Assembly (NCBI GenBank): GCA_030704615.1
Contig: CM060731.1
Coordinates: 36,580,001 to 36,644,000, forward strand
From: Takakia lepidozioides
Lineage: Eukaryota > Plantae > Bryophyta
Reading direction: 5' to 3'
Length of the DNA: 64,000 nt
The notes beneath the pieces are model-generated. The model saw only the letters and a program-made list of their open reading frames with translations, searched no databases and was not told the origin of the DNA. Of the stretch, positions 61,606-64,000 are shown in pieces. Position 1 is the first letter of the stretch; every line of letters begins with the position of its first letter. Both the position numbers and the translations under genes were made by a program.

Positions 61606-64000
61606 ATGAAAGGCGGGCCCATTAATGAATACGGAAAAAGGGAAACAGAACGAACGGCAAGTACAGAAAAACTGAATTCATGTCGCATGTGTGATCCTAG
61701 TGGACTATCCAACAGGGAAAGTCCACTAAAGAAGATAAAAGTTAAAATCCAGTCACAGCGGATACAGCCAATAGAAAACCAGAGAAATGATCAAGAAAAT
61801 GGAGGGAAATTGAGCGCAAGAGGCGGCGTCGTTCTGAGTAACGGGCGTCTCGACAGGACAGGCCATAAATGCTATAACTTGGAAACTATGGAGGAACTAA
61901 CAGACTATACGCTCGCAATATTACTTACGCAGTGGCATAGACACGAAACGAAAGAGCAGAGCTTTTCTCTTGAGCAATGCTTGCAAGCCCCGCAGGCTTA
62001 CAAGAGATTACCCATAGCTTTCTGCGGCAACCATACGTTTATGCTTTGTGCACTACAGGCATTCCTGCAGTTGTTACAGCCAAAGCAGTTCTGTGAGTCT
62101 AAGATGAAGAGAGTGAGAGGAATGGAGGAAATCAGGGTGAAGAGCACCACAATTCTGCAGAAACAAACGATGGCTACCCCACAGGCGATAAAGATACTGA
62201 AGGAGCTGAGATTGGAAGGATTGCAAAGCATGGATTGGACACTACACCATAGACAGTACATGTTACAATTTTTGCAGAACTTTGAGCCAAAGACAGGAAC
62301 AACAACGGTGAAGGGAGTTGAATTAATGATTACTCCCCTATACCTCCAGCAATTGTTTCGATTGCCAGCAGGTCATGTGTATGTGGAGGAACACAGGGAA
62401 AGACTGCAAATAGGGGATTTATTCCAAGAAGGGAGTTTCTTTAAAACTCAGGGTTATGCTTGTACCAAAGCTGTGTACCCAGGGTTAAAAGACATAGGCC
62501 AAGTATTGAACGTTCTGATTGCCCTGAAACAGAACCAACAATATTTGAGCAGATCCTTCACAGAGGAAATCCTCAAAGGCTTGAAGGGACAAGAGGTACA
62601 ATGGGCGGACATAATGTACAACGCACTGGTAGAGGAGATGAAAAGATTACAAGGTACTACCGCAAAATCTCCTATCATAGTGTCTGGCCCAATCATTGCT
62701 CAAATAATCCTTAATTCTGGCATACTTAATGCACAAGAAAGGAAGGAAATGGGAGTGTTTGAGCCAGAAACAACTGCAATGGAAGAGCAAGGCTCTTCAC
62801 ACAGTGAGGGTGGACTAGCAGCACAACCCGAGACTAAGAGGCAGAGAAGGGGAAAGACTGTAGTGGCGGATCCACTGGCTTCACGGATTCCGCATGATAA
62901 TGTTTCCCAAGCTCATGACCAGGAAGGGGCACAGCAGCACAAAAAATGTTATTACTGGAAGCAGGACCTTCAGAGAGGGAGGAAGAAGTTACTTCTGCAT
63001 CACAACCAACACAGCCACTTGAACGACTTGTCACAAGGTCACAAGTTATCCATGCAGCTCAACCCGAAATAATTGATTTGGAAAGTGAAGGGATAGATAT
63101 TCCAACTACAGAACAGATAGTGGCAGAAATAGAGAAAGGGGACCTTCTCTATGAATATTCTGGTCTGGTCAAGGAGACAGAAATCCCAGAGGTGCAACAG
63201 TTGCCCAAGAGAAATCCTGAGGTACATATAATGCACACACCTGTGTCGGAGGTACCACAGGCGGAAGGCCATGACACTGTAGCACCGGTCATAAATGAAG
63301 TAGTTCAGGAAGAAAATCCGGTGGGACAATGGTCTGAATGGTTAGTGAGACATCATACTGTTGAAGATCAGGAGGAACAGCAGCAACCTCACCATGATGA
63401 CCCTCAACAGGCAATGCTGATGAGTTCCATAGGCAGGACACTTAATTTGTTGGGGACTTATGTCAAAACCCATGTTCCAATTACCCAATTGACAGCCTTG
63501 AAAGAAGAACTCAGGAAGGAGTTTGAGGCTCGACTTGCCACTGAGTGTGCAAACAAGGTCGATGAAGAGGTCACTCTCAAGATGAAGCAGGACTTGGCCA
63601 ATACAGAAATGGCTTTGCAATTGGCCAAGCAACAATTGATTGAGGCAGGCCTCGCGCAAGACCAGTTGCACGAAGCACATAAGCAACAGCTATACCAAAT
63701 GCAGGTGCAGCATGAAAGCAAGTTGCAAGAACTGAATGCACTACATACGGAGTTGCAGACAGTGCATAACAGGATGGCGATACAATGCGCTACATTTACA
63801 ACTATGCTTGACCAATCAACAAAAGAAATAAACAGTCAAGCGGAAAAATGTACGAAGGCAGAAGAAGAGAATGTGGAGCACATGAAGCTCATTGTCGATA
63901 TGAAGAATACAATCTGTCGCAATGAAGATACTTTCAAGCAATACAGGCAGATGGAAGCTGAGCAAGAGAAATACATCGTGGAGTTGCAACAAACCATCGT
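61606..64000 (+). CDS. Extra 3' ORF of family D (env-position ORF with coiled-coil tail; frameshift near 62945)
   Basis: VKGVELMITPLYLQQLFRLP...VQWADIMYNAL resembles additional ORFs of plant non-chromovirus elements. A Glu/Gln/Lys-rich frame continues to the window end. Confidence 0.6.

Larger units (their letters stand above)
53411..64000 (+). mobile_element. Non-chromovirus Ty3/Gypsy element (family D; Athila/Phygy-like), runs off the right edge
   Basis: TGTTAG start cutting the DNMT frame, CACAGCC repeats, open gag-pol and extra ORFs. The LTR 3' boundary is not resolved. Confidence 0.85.

Noticed and set aside
55695-63721. Minus-strand ORFs within family D
   Set aside because: They are antisense shadows of the purine-rich gag-pol and 3' ORF.

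Overview
Repeat-dense eukaryotic region with GT-AG introns and nested transposons. The element mix looks like an early land plant such as a moss (inference, not established). No intact host gene is visible. Contents: (1) A Ty3/Gypsy family ('A'; 1-6150 minus, 46915-53410 plus, and a related 3' piece at ~25806-28397). Its pieces appear to encode a DNMT3-like cytosine-5 methyltransferase between protease and RT, plus a PHD finger after integrase. (2) A Mutator-like DNA transposon with a transposase head-to-head with a spliced gene encoding a ParB-like domain fused to a beta-class N6A/N4C DNA-methyltransferase fold. It is present as a ~7.9 kb inverted duplication (6151-14071 / 14644-22516), and a diverged paralogue of the ParB-MTase gene lies at ~37.1-41.5 kb. 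(3) A LINE ORF1 remnant, a degenerate hAT, Tcn1-like chromoviruses with a self-priming signature, a HECT fragment and a captured ribosomal P1 fragment. (4) A young non-chromovirus Gypsy element with an open 1914-aa gag-pol. The most notable signal is two unrelated mobile elements, each carrying its own DNA-methyltransferase-type domain. All calls come from reading motifs by eye; no searches were run and coordinates are approximate where marked ~.
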